A stretch of DNA of 64,000 nucleotides from Bacteroidia bacterium (GCA_016779945.1 JADHMR010000001.1:13750-77749); one strand, 5' to 3'. Positions 30,737-41,116 are shown, counted from the stretch's first letter. Made by a program: numbers and translations. Notes: a model not told the origin generated them from the letters alone.

Positions 30737-31955
30737 ATCCTATATTTTCAAGATCTTTCCAGAAATTTGGATATGATTTTTTAACAACACTTTCCTCCTC
30801 TATTCGAATAGGTTTTATTAACGATAGAGGAGCTACACACATGGCCATTCGATGATCGTGATATGTGTTAAAAAGTGTGTCGTTTTTTAACTCGTAATTT
30901 GATGCATCCATCAACCACAAATTATCTTGACTTTTCAAATCAACTCCTATTTTAGTTAAATGTTCTGTTGTAGCTTGCTCCCTGTTGCACTCTTTATATT
31001 TTAAACTATGTAAGCCTTTAAATTTAATTTGCTCGCAGCCAATAGCAGGAAGTAGCATTGCAAAAGTCATAGCAATATCCGGAAACTGACTATAATTTAA
31101 TTCATCAGGGAATACATACTTTTCGTTAGATGGGTGCTTAACGATTCGCATTCCCTCGTTTTGCTCCTCCATAACTAGGCTTGGGTGACCAATCTCAAAA
31201 AGTTTCTTTCGTTCTTTTTGCATATTATTTAATCGGATACCAGGGAAGAATATATCAGACCTTTCAGATAAATGAATCATACTTATCCAATAATAAAATG
31301 AACTCCAATCTGGCTCAATTTGAAAATATTCGCCATCAAATTTCTGTTTTTTCGAAACTTGTATGTGTGCACCTCTAACCCAAACTGAAAATCCCATTCT
31401 TCTCAAACAAGCTATGGTAAGAAGTATATAAGAGTATGAGGACATTTTTGTATTCACTTTAAAATTAAATTCTCCTTCGATCATAGGAGCAATCATTAAA
31501 AGTGCAGAAGCAAATTGGCTACTTTTAATTTGTGAAATATCTATCAAACTTGCATTTGCAATAAGTTTTTTGCCAATAACTTTGATGGGTCCACAGCCTT
31601 CTTTTTCTAAATACGTAATATCTGCACCCAAATCTAGAAGCACACTTATTAAGTCTGCAATGGGTCTTTCTTGAAGTCTTTTCGTACCTCTAATTATCCA
31701 TTCACCTGGAGTTACTGCATAATAGGCCGTCAAAAAACGGTATACAGTTCCGGCATCTTGTACATCAAATTGATTATCATTTGAGTTTAGGAGTTTATCC
31801 AATACCATGGAATCGTTGGCAAGCGATACATTATCGAGTATTAATTCGGGCTCATAAAGTTTTTTTAGAATCAACATACGATTTGTGATGCTCTTCGAAC
31901 TAGGCAATCGAACCTCACCAATCAATTGTTTATTTTTATTCGATAATCGAATCAT
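30717..31955 (-). CDS. aroA: 3-phosphoshikimate 1-carboxyvinyltransferase (EPSP synthase)
   Basis: LPSSKSITNRMLIL (the EPSPS LPGSKSISNR motif), 412 aa. Its ATG overlaps the aroB stop (ATGA). Confidence 0.85.
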   Translation of the reverse strand: MIRLSNKNKQLIGEVRLPSSKSITNRMLILKKLYEPELILDNVSLANDSMVLDKLLNSNDNQFDVQDAGTVYRFLTAYYAVTPGEWIIRGTKRLQERPIADLISVLLDLGADITYLEKEGCGPIKVIGKKLIANASLIDISQIKSSQFASALLMIAPMIEGEFNFKVNTKMSSYSYILLTIACLRRMGFSVWVRGAHIQVSKKQKFDGEYFQIEPDWSSFYYWISMIHLSERSDIFFPGIRLNNMQKERKKLFEIGHPSLVMEEQNEGMRIVKHPSNEKYVFPDELNYSQFPDIAMTFAMLLPAIGCEQIKFKGLHSLKYKECNREQATTEHLTKIGVDLKSQDNLWLMDASNYELKNDTLFNTYHDHRMAMCVAPLSLIKPIRIEEESVVKKSYPNFWKDLENIGFEIEYL

Positions 31956-33037
31956 TTTAAACTTTTCAAATATTCAAATCCCGCCTTGATTAATTCTTCA
32001 CCAATTTCATAATCATGATTTGCTTCACCAATTTCAAGTAGAAGCGTGCAATTGATCGAATCATTAAAATTCTTTTTATCCCTAGTTAGATACGGAATCA
32101 AATCGTCCACTTCTGGAATTTCATCATAAACTGATTTTACTAATCCGCCCAATACCGTTGACACTTCACTCAATTGATCGGCAGAAAAACCCACCACTTT
32201 ATGACTAATGTAACATTCAACTACCATTCCTAAAGCCACAGAAATTCCGTGAGACAATGCCTCATTCTCTTCACTAATTTTAAGGCTATTGGCTTCTATG
32301 GCATGACCAATCGTATGCCCAAAATTCAATCTTCTTCTTACCCCTAAATCTAGAAAATCATCTTTAACGATTTGTGTTTTTATAGCAATAGAATCGTTAA
32401 TTAAGTTTGGAGTAATTGCGTGGTTATCTTTCAAAAATAATAATTTCACTTGGTCATAATGTGATTTACTTGCTATTAAACCATGTTTTAGCATCTCAAC
32501 AAAACCATTGACCATTTCTGGGTAGGGTAAAGTGGTTAAAAATTCAGGACAAATAAAAATATGTTTTGGCTCACTAAATGTACCAATATAATTCTTCAAC
32601 CCTAAAAAATCGACCCCATTCTTACCACCAATACTTGCATCTACCATTGCTAATAGTGAAGTAGGTGCCAATACCACAGACATACCTCGTTGATAACATT
32701 TACCTGCAAATGCACCCATATCACACAAAACACCTCCACCTAAACAAAGTAATGTAGTATTTCTTTTGGCATTAAGTTCTATCAGTTTTTTCCAAATGAA
32801 CTCACAACTATTTAAATTTTTATAATTTTCGCCGTATGGAACTATAATATGAGGAACGTTAGTCTCTAAAAGAGGATAACAAAACGCATAGGTATGCTTG
32901 TCTGCCAAGACAATAATATTTTGTTCATGATCGGTAATAAATTTTTTTAGATGCTTAAGCCCGTTTTCCACAACTTCAAATTTATAACAAGCAAACGAGA
33001 ATAAAGGTTTAACTCGCGTTTCTTTTACTACTGACAT
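31952..33037 (-). CDS. aroB: 3-dehydroquinate synthase
   Basis: NAD-binding GGGVLCDMGAFAG, metal-binding His pair (HTIGHAIE). Operon context with aroA and aroC. Confidence 0.8.
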   Translation of the reverse strand: MSVVKETRVKPLFSFACYKFEVVENGLKHLKKFITDHEQNIIVLADKHTYAFCYPLLETNVPHIIVPYGENYKNLNSCEFIWKKLIELNAKRNTTLLCLGGGVLCDMGAFAGKCYQRGMSVVLAPTSLLAMVDASIGGKNGVDFLGLKNYIGTFSEPKHIFICPEFLTTLPYPEMVNGFVEMLKHGLIASKSHYDQVKLLFLKDNHAITPNLINDSIAIKTQIVKDDFLDLGVRRRLNFGHTIGHAIEANSLKISEENEALSHGISVALGMVVECYISHKVVGFSADQLSEVSTVLGGLVKSVYDEIPEVDDLIPYLTRDKKNFNDSINCTLLLEIGEANHDYEIGEELIKAGFEYLKSLK

Positions 33038-33138
33038 AAGTCAAATTAGAATCCCTAAAATTCTTAAAAGATTCAAAATATAAACGTTAGACAATTACCC
33101 AATTTTGTGAAAAGCGTTGTTTCTTTGAACCACTAAGA

Positions 33139-34131
33139 ATGAGAAAATCAATAATTATAATAGCTGTTGTTTTAATTACCATTTTTTGTTTATGGACAAT
33201 CTTTAATAAAGATGAGCAAACTAATTTTAGAGATATAAACCGCTTTGCTGTTGAAAATCCTGAGGAAATTAGTCGCATAAAAATGAAAGATCGTCAAGGG
33301 AACGAGGTGATTTTATCTAAAAATGAAGGGATATGGTTTGTAAATAAAAAACTAAAAGCGTTCAAGCCCAAAATTGAGTCGCTATTGAATGAAACCATTA
33401 AAAATATCCGAATTAAAGGACCCGTTGCTAAAACTGCTCAGCAAAATGTTATTCGTAAAATGGTCGGAAGATCTATTCATGTTCAAATTTTTAAGGAAGA
33501 TAAATGTATTCGAGATTATTATGTCGGATCATCCAACCCAGATCGTTCATCAACCTATATACATATAAATGGTTCAAACACTCCTTATGAAGCTCATATC
33601 TTTGGTTTTGCTAGTTTGTTAGAACCCAAATTTAGCACCCAAGAAAAGGATTGGTTTGATCAAACTGTTTTTGATTTTTCTTCTGAAGAAATTAAGTCAA
33701 TCGAGGTTATTCATCATCAGAATTCAAGTGAATCTTTTCAAATCTATCAATTAGACTCTTCTTATAGCATTAAACCAAAAATAAGCTCGTTTTCTCAATC
33801 AGCTGCTCGAAGTTATTTTTCGCTTTTTTCATTCAAAAATTTTGAGGGTTATGCAAATTACCTAGATCAAAAACAGAAAGATTCAATAAAAAATGCTACA
33901 CCATTTATAAGTATTAAAGTTACACCTTATGTTGGGAAATCAATTCAATTAAAATTGCACCGCAAAGGCTCTTTTCAAATGGGTAATTCATTATACGACA
34001 AACGAGGACAGCTAATTTTGGAGGATACCGAACGCTATTTTGCTACATTCACAAACTTTCCCTATTTGGTGACCGTTCAAGAATATACTATGGGTAATTT
34101 ATTGGTAAAACGAAGCTATTTCAGGCCCTAG
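33139..34131 (+). CDS. Hypothetical protein with an N-terminal signal-anchor
   Basis: MRKSIIIIAVVLITIFCLWTIF hydrophobic N-terminus, then a soluble domain with no recognised motif. Confidence 0.35.
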   Translation: MRKSIIIIAVVLITIFCLWTIFNKDEQTNFRDINRFAVENPEEISRIKMKDRQGNEVILSKNEGIWFVNKKLKAFKPKIESLLNETIKNIRIKGPVAKTAQQNVIRKMVGRSIHVQIFKEDKCIRDYYVGSSNPDRSSTYIHINGSNTPYEAHIFGFASLLEPKFSTQEKDWFDQTVFDFSSEEIKSIEVIHHQNSSESFQIYQLDSSYSIKPKISSFSQSAARSYFSLFSFKNFEGYANYLDQKQKDSIKNATPFISIKVTPYVGKSIQLKLHRKGSFQMGNSLYDKRGQLILEDTERYFATFTNFPYLVTVQEYTMGNLLVKRSYFRP

Positions 34132-35171
34132 TTGTTAAAACCATAAGTTTTAGAAGCATCTCTCCATTTATTAACGACAGTTTGCATATCATGAGGGAGA
34201 TCAGTTTCAAATTGCATCCATTCATTGGTACTCGGATGCTGGAATCCTAGAGATTTTGCATGCAAACCCTGTCGAGCTAAGATACTGAAGCAATTATCTA
34301 CAAATTGTTTGTACTTACTAAAAACTACTCCTTTAAGAATACGATTGCCTCCATAATGATCATCGTTAAATAGAGGATGTCCTAAATGCTTCATATGAAC
34401 TCTAATTTGATGTGTACGACCAGTTTCTAGTTTGCATTCTACCAAACTTGTATATATAAAATCCTCTAAGATTTTATAATGGGTAATCGCATGTTTACCA
34501 CGATCCTCATCGTCTGACAACACCACAAATTTTTTTCTATCATACTTATCACGACCAATAATAGTTGACAATGTGCCCTGGTTTTCTTGTGGACTGCCCC
34601 ACACCAAAGCTTGATATGTTCGCTCAATAGTATGGTCTTTAAATTGTTGAGATAGATGTGCCATTGACTGATCATTTTTAGCAATAACTAATAGACCACT
34701 TGTATTTTTATCTATTCGATGAACCAACCAAGGTCTTTTACCACGATGAGTTGCTTTTTTATCCAATAAGAAAGCTAATGCATTAAGAAGTGTACCAGAA
34801 TGATTTCCAAATCCTGGGTGAACTACCATCCCCGCTTCTTTATTAATAATCATCAAATCATCATCTTCATAAACAACATCAAGTGGAATATTCTGCGGAA
34901 TCACCTCTAATTCAGTAGGTTCCTTATCCACTAAGACTTCAATATAGTTTTTGGGTTTAACCTTGTAATTGGATTTTACAGCTTTTCCATCTACGATGAC
35001 ATGCTTTTGATCTATTGCTTCCTGTAGTTTATTTCGACTAGCTCGTTCAATTTTGCTCACCAAATATTTATCGATGCGGAGTGGCTCTTGACCATCATCC
35101 ACAGTGAATGTATACTTGATAAAAAGTTCATCTCCAACTATTTTAATGGCGTTATTTGATGGATTTGACAT
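34128..35171 (-). CDS. rluD: RluA-family 23S rRNA pseudouridine synthase (RluD-like, with N-terminal S4 domain)
   Basis: S4-like region IDKYLVSKI...SRNKLQEAI. Catalytic motif HRIDKNTSGLLVIAKN (HRLDxxTSG). 347 aa. Confidence 0.8.
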   Translation of the reverse strand: MSNPSNNAIKIVGDELFIKYTFTVDDGQEPLRIDKYLVSKIERASRNKLQEAIDQKHVIVDGKAVKSNYKVKPKNYIEVLVDKEPTELEVIPQNIPLDVVYEDDDLMIINKEAGMVVHPGFGNHSGTLLNALAFLLDKKATHRGKRPWLVHRIDKNTSGLLVIAKNDQSMAHLSQQFKDHTIERTYQALVWGSPQENQGTLSTIIGRDKYDRKKFVVLSDDEDRGKHAITHYKILEDFIYTSLVECKLETGRTHQIRVHMKHLGHPLFNDDHYGGNRILKGVVFSKYKQFVDNCFSILARQGLHAKSLGFQHPSTNEWMQFETDLPHDMQTVVNKWRDASKTYGFNN

Positions 35172-35254
35172 TTTATTAAAATCTATGCTTCACAGAAAGG
35201 TGTTAACCGTTAATCTGTTTATTTTTGCACCCACAAAAGTATTAAGAATAACAT

Positions 35255-36250
35255 ATGATCACACATGAAACTTCATTAGAGAATTTTACAGAGCAATTCG
35301 ATTTTGTAATAAATAATTACACAAGCCATGAAATGAATGTCAACCAATTTGACAATATCATTATGGGAGGTCTCGGTGGAAGTGGTATTGGAGCAGTTTT
35401 GGCAAAAAACTGGTTTTTTGACAAATGCCCTGTCCCTATTGAAACTGTTGCTGACTATCATCTCCCAAAATTTGCGAGCTCCAAAACACTTGTTATTCTT
35501 AATTCTTATTCAGGTAATACCGAAGAAACCTTACAACTATTTGAGGAAGCAAATCAACTAGGATGTACTATAATTGTTTTAACTGGTGGCGGAAAACTGA
35601 AAGAATTAGCCACTCAAAATAACCTAAAAACCTACGATCTTAAGGGTGGATACCAACCTCGAATGACTGTTGGTCAAGGTCTAGGATTCATTAGTATGAT
35701 TTTTGGAGAACTTTTAGGGGAAGACCACAGACCTATCATTCAAGGAATTAGAGATTATTTTGAGGAGAATAGAGACCGACAAAAACAAAGCGGTGAACAA
35801 ATATTTAATTTCTTCAAAAACACTATTCGTAAGAAATTTGTAATTGTAGCAGATAGAGAATATGCACCAGTAGCTGTTAGATTCACACAACAACTTCAAG
35901 AAAATTCAAAACTTGAAGGATTTGTGAATGTACTTCCAGAAGCTAATCACAATGCGATAGAGAGTTATACCGACAGATTAGACACTAATTTTATTATGCT
36001 CTACTCAAATCAAAATCCACGGGTAGCTGCCCGCTTTGATTTTCTAATTTCACATTTAGAGTTGGATAACAATATCGTTTTACCGATGCAAATTCCTGAA
36101 TACTCACTTCAAGCCATTTTTGATGTTATATATCGACTAGACTGGGTAAGTGTTCTACTTGCTAATGAGTTAGGTTCTGATCTAATGAATGTACCGATTA
36201 TTATGAATCTAAAAGGATTTTTAAGTGATTTGGAAGTCAAAAAAGATTAG
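35255..36250 (+). CDS. SIS-domain sugar-phosphate isomerase, possibly a bifunctional phosphoglucose/phosphomannose isomerase-like protein
   Basis: IIMGGLGGSGIGA and LNSYSGNTEET (SIS motifs). About 330 aa, the size of PGI/PMI-family SIS proteins. Confidence 0.45.
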   Translation: MITHETSLENFTEQFDFVINNYTSHEMNVNQFDNIIMGGLGGSGIGAVLAKNWFFDKCPVPIETVADYHLPKFASSKTLVILNSYSGNTEETLQLFEEANQLGCTIIVLTGGGKLKELATQNNLKTYDLKGGYQPRMTVGQGLGFISMIFGELLGEDHRPIIQGIRDYFEENRDRQKQSGEQIFNFFKNTIRKKFVIVADREYAPVAVRFTQQLQENSKLEGFVNVLPEANHNAIESYTDRLDTNFIMLYSNQNPRVAARFDFLISHLELDNNIVLPMQIPEYSLQAIFDVIYRLDWVSVLLANELGSDLMNVPIIMNLKGFLSDLEVKKD

Positions 36251-36277
36251 CATCTTAACTAGAAAATAAATTATCTG

Positions 36278-36307
36278 AAGCCTCAATTCTTTTTGAGGCT
36301 TTTTTTT
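36278..36307 (+). terminator. Rho-independent terminator downstream of the SIS gene
   Basis: aagcctcaa-ttcttt-ttgaggctt perfect 9-bp stem, followed by a T7 run. Confidence 0.7.
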
Positions 36308-36350
36308 GACATACAAAAAAATAGTTTTTGTAAAATAAAATAAATAATAA

Positions 36351-36383
36351 GCCCCCAAAACAGTGTTTTGAGGGCTTTTGTTT
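36351..36383 (+). terminator. Second hairpin plus T-tract (tandem terminator, or the 3' end of a small transcript)
   Basis: gcccccaaaaca / tgttttgagggc, 11 of 12 bp paired, followed by ttttgttt. Confidence 0.5.
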
Positions 36384-36514
36384 AACTATATTAAAATAAT
36401 GTCTTCGAAATGATCAACATTTAATATTTTAATTACTACAAATTTAAAATAAGTACACAACTTAACACGATACACTATGTATGATAATTGTCATAAACAC
36501 TTATGATATTAATC

Positions 36515-36550
36515 ATAAAAAAGCCTCCTTACTCAAAAAGTAAAGAGGCT
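36515..36550 (-). terminator. Rho-independent terminator of secDF
   Basis: On the minus strand, stem gcctcttt(a)c / g(t)aaggaggc with a 7-nt loop, followed by a T6 run (plus strand aaaaaa 36517-36522). It sits 25 nt after the secDF stop. Confidence 0.65.
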
Positions 36551-36575
36551 CATAGAAGTAATTAATTAGTTTTAG

Positions 36576-39500
36576 TTATTTCTTGAATCGATTCATGAAG
36601 TCTACAACAATTGGTGTAGCTACACAAACAGATGAATAAGTACCTACTGCAACACCAACGAGAAGTGCAAAAGTGAATCCTTTAAGCCCTTCGCCACCGA
36701 AGACAAATAATATTAAAATAACCAGCAAAGTAGTTAATGAGGTAATCAATGTTCTACTCAACGTAGAGTTAATTGCTTTATTAATAACCTGAGACTGGTC
36801 AGACTCTCTTCGATTTTGTCCAATAAATTCTCTCACACGGTCAAATACAACCACAGTATCATTGATAGAATAACCTACTACTGTAAGAATAGCAGCTATA
36901 AAGGCTTGATCAATTGAAAGCTCGAATGGTAATATTCCCCATAAAATTGAATACAAAGAAAAAACTACCAAAACATCATGAAAAATTGCTGTCGTGGCAC
37001 CTAAACTAAATCCAACATTTCTAAACCTTACTAAAATGTAAAGGAACATACCAATTATTGCAAGAGCGATAGCCCAGGTTGATCGAACAGAAATATCTTT
37101 TGCTATTGTTGGTCCGACTTTACTGCTTGATAAGATATCTTCCCCTGAAACATTGAATGCTTCTAATGCCGATACTAATGCAGATTCTACTTTTGCTCCA
37201 GCGTCAGCATCTTTATTGTCAATCATATATGAAGTAGTGACTTTAAATTGATTTGAAGATCCATAAGTTTTTACCTCAGTATTAGCATCTGTAAATTTAG
37301 TTGATAATGCTTCCTTGATTTGAGCAGTAGATGCGTCTTCAACATTTACTACATAGCTCCAACCACCTTTAAAATCAACACCTGTTGACACCCCTTTGGT
37401 AACTAGGGATGCAATACCACCAATAATAATGACAGAAGAAATAATGTAAAAAGTTTTTCTTTTTCCAATAAAATCCCAATTGATTTTATTTAATTTTTCA
37501 CCAATTGATTTTGAAAATGATGAGTAGAAAGAAGTTTCTTTTCCTTTTTTAAGATCGTTATCTATAAGTAAACGAGTCAAAAATATAGATGTAAATAACG
37601 AAGATAAAATACCAATTACTAGAATAACAGCAAATCCCATTACAGGACCTTTACCTAATACCCAAAGAATAACCCCTGCTATAATTGTGGTAATGTTTGC
37701 ATCAATAATTGAGGAATAAGCCCCAGAATAACCATCCTTAATGGCCATTTTGAGTGATTTCCCTCCTTGTAACTCTTCTCGAACACGCTCAAAGATAAGT
37801 ACGTTAGCATCTACTGCCATACCAATGGTAAGTACAAGTCCTGCCATACCAGGGAGTGTTAAAGCAGCATGTAATCCTGCTAGAACACCTATGATAAAAA
37901 CCAAGTTAACCAACAAAGCAATATCTGCATACAAACCTGCTTTGCCATAGTAAATTATCATGAAGAGGATTACAAGTAAAAAACCAACTGCAAGTGAAAT
38001 AATACCTGCATTAATTGCTCTAGCTCCTAATGTAGGCCCTACCGTTGTTTCTCCTGTGATTTTAGCTGGAGCTGGGAGCTTACCTGCCTTTAAAATATTT
38101 GCTAAGTCAGTAGCCTCATCCAATTCATAATTTCCAGTAATTACCGAACTTCCATTAGGAATCTCACCCTGCACTGTAGGTGCACTGTAAACTTGGTCAT
38201 CCAAGACAACTGCTATGCACTCTTTGGGACTACTTGATGATGCTTCTTTTGTAATTCTTCTCCATACAGATGTTCCTTCTTGATTCATTTGCATACTTAC
38301 TGCTAGATTCAAATCATCTTGTCGAGTTGGACGTGCATCTGTAATTACATCACCCGCTAATGCAGGTTGACCTGCTCTTCCGCTCTTCAATGCATACAAA
38401 GCAATAAAATCTTTACCCTCTATTTTGATCGGCTTAAATCCAAATTTGAAATGTAAGTTTGATGGTAAAGCTGCAAGGACATCTTTTCTTGTAAAATAAC
38501 CCTTAAAATCTTCAACATCATTTACATCGATGTACCCAATTTCTGCAGATTGAGCCCAATTCTTTCCCTCATTGGCAACATTTGGAACTAGTTTACTAAG
38601 AATAGGATTTTCCCGCTGAATTTCTTCTCTAGATTTCTGAACAGAATCACTTCCTGCCGAATCTGATGACGCTAATAGGTCATCTCCGAATAAATCACCG
38701 TCTTTGCTTGTTGAGGTATCTTTAGTTGTTTGATTATCTTGTTTTTCTGCATCTTCCAATTCTTCATTATCGATATTGTTTAGCTGATTAACACCATATA
38801 CTATCTTGTTTACTACCTCTAAGTATTCAAAACCCTTGTAATTAGGAAATACTTTCCAAAACTCAAGTTTTGCAGAACTCTGAAGTAAATCCCTAACACG
38901 TTGCGGATCATCAACCCCAGGAAGCTCTACTAAAATTCTACCATTATCTAATCGTTGAACATTGGGCTGTGCTACTCCAAATTTATCAATACGTGTACTA
39001 ATAATTTCAAATGCTCTACTTATGGCACTTTCACTTTCTCGTTTTAGATAATCAAATACTTCTTCGTTGGTTGAATTATATTCGTTAGGCAGCTCTGCTT
39101 TAAGTCCTTTACCATAAAAAATACTTACAATTTTTCCATCTGGATTTTCGGCTTCATAATTTTTAGCAAGTAAATCAACAAAGTTTTGCTGACCAAGATA
39201 TTCCTTCTTTGACTTTTCGAATGCTGCTAAAAAAGCTTGGTCGGTGGTGTTGTTAGCCATGGCCTCAATTACGGCAGGTGTCTCTACCTCAAGTGTTACA
39301 TTCATTCCACCTTGCAGATCAAGACCAAGGTTGAGCTCATTTTCTTTGCACTCTTGGTAAGTGAATCCTAATCCGGGATAAACTTCCTCTTGAGACATTG
39401 AGTCTAAGTATCGGCTCTCAAAACTATCTTTTTGGACAGTTGAATTTGGATACATTGATTCTGCTTGTGATGAAGCAGTTTTTTCTACACTGTTCGTAAC

Positions 39501-39578
39501 GAAAGTAAACGAAAGCTGATAAGCACTCGCTAAAATAAGCAGTACAGTAATAAATTGGATAAATCCTTTATTGTTCAT
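36576..39578 (-). CDS. secDF: Protein translocase subunit SecDF (fused)
   Basis: 1000 aa. Two large periplasmic domains, each followed by a six-TM bundle. Fused SecD and SecF halves are typical of Bacteroidota. Confidence 0.85.
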   Translation of the reverse strand: MNNKGFIQFITVLLILASAYQLSFTFVTNSVEKTASSQAESMYPNSTVQKDSFESRYLDSMSQEEVYPGLGFTYQECKENELNLGLDLQGGMNVTLEVETPAVIEAMANNTTDQAFLAAFEKSKKEYLGQQNFVDLLAKNYEAENPDGKIVSIFYGKGLKAELPNEYNSTNEEVFDYLKRESESAISRAFEIISTRIDKFGVAQPNVQRLDNGRILVELPGVDDPQRVRDLLQSSAKLEFWKVFPNYKGFEYLEVVNKIVYGVNQLNNIDNEELEDAEKQDNQTTKDTSTSKDGDLFGDDLLASSDSAGSDSVQKSREEIQRENPILSKLVPNVANEGKNWAQSAEIGYIDVNDVEDFKGYFTRKDVLAALPSNLHFKFGFKPIKIEGKDFIALYALKSGRAGQPALAGDVITDARPTRQDDLNLAVSMQMNQEGTSVWRRITKEASSSSPKECIAVVLDDQVYSAPTVQGEIPNGSSVITGNYELDEATDLANILKAGKLPAPAKITGETTVGPTLGARAINAGIISLAVGFLLVILFMIIYYGKAGLYADIALLVNLVFIIGVLAGLHAALTLPGMAGLVLTIGMAVDANVLIFERVREELQGGKSLKMAIKDGYSGAYSSIIDANITTIIAGVILWVLGKGPVMGFAVILVIGILSSLFTSIFLTRLLIDNDLKKGKETSFYSSFSKSIGEKLNKINWDFIGKRKTFYIISSVIIIGGIASLVTKGVSTGVDFKGGWSYVVNVEDASTAQIKEALSTKFTDANTEVKTYGSSNQFKVTTSYMIDNKDADAGAKVESALVSALEAFNVSGEDILSSSKVGPTIAKDISVRSTWAIALAIIGMFLYILVRFRNVGFSLGATTAIFHDVLVVFSLYSILWGILPFELSIDQAFIAAILTVVGYSINDTVVVFDRVREFIGQNRRESDQSQVINKAINSTLSRTLITSLTTLLVILILFVFGGEGLKGFTFALLVGVAVGTYSSVCVATPIVVDFMNRFKK

Positions 39579-39703
39579 ATCTATCTAGTTTCTGTTAGAT
39601 TTTTTCAAAAATTTCAAAGACGGCAAATTTAGTCGTATTCATGAAACTTAACAATTAAAGTTTATGTCTAATTCAGAGCTTTTAGATTGAGTATTACACC
39701 TCA

Positions 39704-40333
39704 TTAATTTTGTGCAATTACATCCCTAAATTTTGCAGTAACATGCGTAAGACAGTCATCAAAATTATCCGTATTGTGAATTACATAATCTGAATCTTTT
39801 TTGTGCGGCTTTAAAAACTGGTCATAGGCCGGCTTTACATGATTATCCCATTGATACATCACTTCATCAAGAGTCATGCCTCGCTCAGTAGTATCTCGTT
39901 TTAACCGCCTATCAAGAGTTACATCCTCATCTGCATCAATATATAAACGATAGTCGTACATGGCATTTAAACCTTTATCTGCAAATACAAAAAGCCCCTC
40001 TAATAAAATAATCGGTGCTGGCTGATAGGTTATTTGTTTTGGAAATATCTCTGGATTATTGAATGTGTATTCAACTATATCGACGGGTTTACCTTTTAGT
40101 AATTTTCTAATATCTTTTTTGATACGTGTGAAGTCTATACCTGATGGATGATCAAAATTTACAATACCGTTTTCATCCCTTAATTGTTCTGACAACCCTT
40201 TATAATAATGATCTTGCGAAATAACACACACTTGATTATCCTCGAATTTTTTACTTATCTCTTGGATAAAAGTAGTTTTACCTGAAGCACTTCCTCCAGC
40301 TAAACCTACTAAAAATGATTTGTTGTTTTTCAC
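39704..40333 (-). CDS. udk: Uridine kinase
   Basis: P-loop GLAGGSASGKTTF, 209 aa, udk-family length and motifs. Confidence 0.85.
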   Translation of the reverse strand: MKNNKSFLVGLAGGSASGKTTFIQEISKKFEDNQVCVISQDHYYKGLSEQLRDENGIVNFDHPSGIDFTRIKKDIRKLLKGKPVDIVEYTFNNPEIFPKQITYQPAPIILLEGLFVFADKGLNAMYDYRLYIDADEDVTLDRRLKRDTTERGMTLDEVMYQWDNHVKPAYDQFLKPHKKDSDYVIHNTDNFDDCLTHVTAKFRDVIAQN

Positions 40334-40435
40334 TTTACGAAAGTAAATAATGTGTCCTAATATCGTTAATCAATTTACCTTGTTTTTTATTCCAGCTTAA
40401 GAGATTGTTTTGATAAGATTAAATAATTAAAAATA

Positions 40436-41116
40436 ATGGATAAAACTATGGAAACTATTTGTGTTTTCATAGTTTCCTTGTTTTATTTGCACTTCATTTT
40501 GAATGAATCTAGCAAAATATTGGAAGAAGCTAAACAACTATTTATGCGAATTGGCATAAAAAGTGTCAGCATGGACGATATAGCTCAGGTACTTCGAATA
40601 AGTAAAAAAACAATTTACAAGTGTTTTAAAGACAAACAAGATTTGGTGAATCGGGTTATTGAAGAAAAAATAAACTTTGAAAAATCAAAACTTGACAAAT
40701 GTGCATGCAGTAGCAAAAATGCTATTCAGCATATGATTGACTTTAGTCGTCATATTAGTCAGTCTAGAAAAAATCTTAACCCTACAATGATTTATGATAT
40801 GCAAAAGTTTTATCCTGATCAATGGGCAAAAATGGAAGAATTTAGATCGGACTATTTTAGAGAAACGATAAAAAACAATTTAAAAAACGGCATCAAAACA
40901 GGGCTATTTCGCTCTGATATTAATGCAGACCTCACAGCACTTATGTACATTACACTAATTAGTGGGATGGTCAAACAATTCACATCTGCAGAAAACAACT
41001 ATCAGTTTCAAACAATTCACTTCCAGATGGTTAGCTATCACTTGCATGGAATATGCACAGAAGAAGGAAGATCATATTTAAAACAACACATCAACGAAAT
41101 AACAGACCAGTCATGA
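40436..41116 (+). CDS. TetR/AcrR-family transcriptional regulator
   Basis: HTH segment SMDDIAQVLRISKKTIYKCFKDKQDL. The true start is probably TTG at 40499 (MNESSKILEEAKQLF), because the first 20 codons of the long ORF are hydrophobic and contain the palindrome. The stop overlaps the tolC-like start (ATGA). Confidence 0.8.
   Translation: MDKTMETICVFIVSLFYLHFILNESSKILEEAKQLFMRIGIKSVSMDDIAQVLRISKKTIYKCFKDKQDLVNRVIEEKINFEKSKLDKCACSSKNAIQHMIDFSRHISQSRKNLNPTMIYDMQKFYPDQWAKMEEFRSDYFRETIKNNLKNGIKTGLFRSDINADLTALMYITLISGMVKQFTSAENNYQFQTIHFQMVSYHLHGICTEEGRSYLKQHINEITDQS
40450..40477. promoter_or_regulatory. Perfect 9-bp inverted repeat (ggaaactat-N10-atagtttcc), a candidate TetR operator
   Basis: Read directly. 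It lies at the 5' end of the tetR ORF, upstream of the likely true TTG start at 40499. Confidence 0.45.

Noticed and set aside
36306-36345. Sigma70-like TTGACA-N19-TAAAAT between the two + strand terminators
   Set aside because: The spacer is too long for a canonical sigma70 promoter, and Bacteroidota use a different consensus (-33 TTTG / -7 TAnnTTTG). It is kept only as part of the sRNA speculation, not called as a promoter.
41053-41112. 20-codon N-terminal extension of the TolC-like ORF (MHRRRKIIFKTTHQRNNRPV)
   Set aside because: The signal peptide clearly begins at MKYLLSLIFL (41113). The extension overlaps the tetR 3' end and is basic junk.
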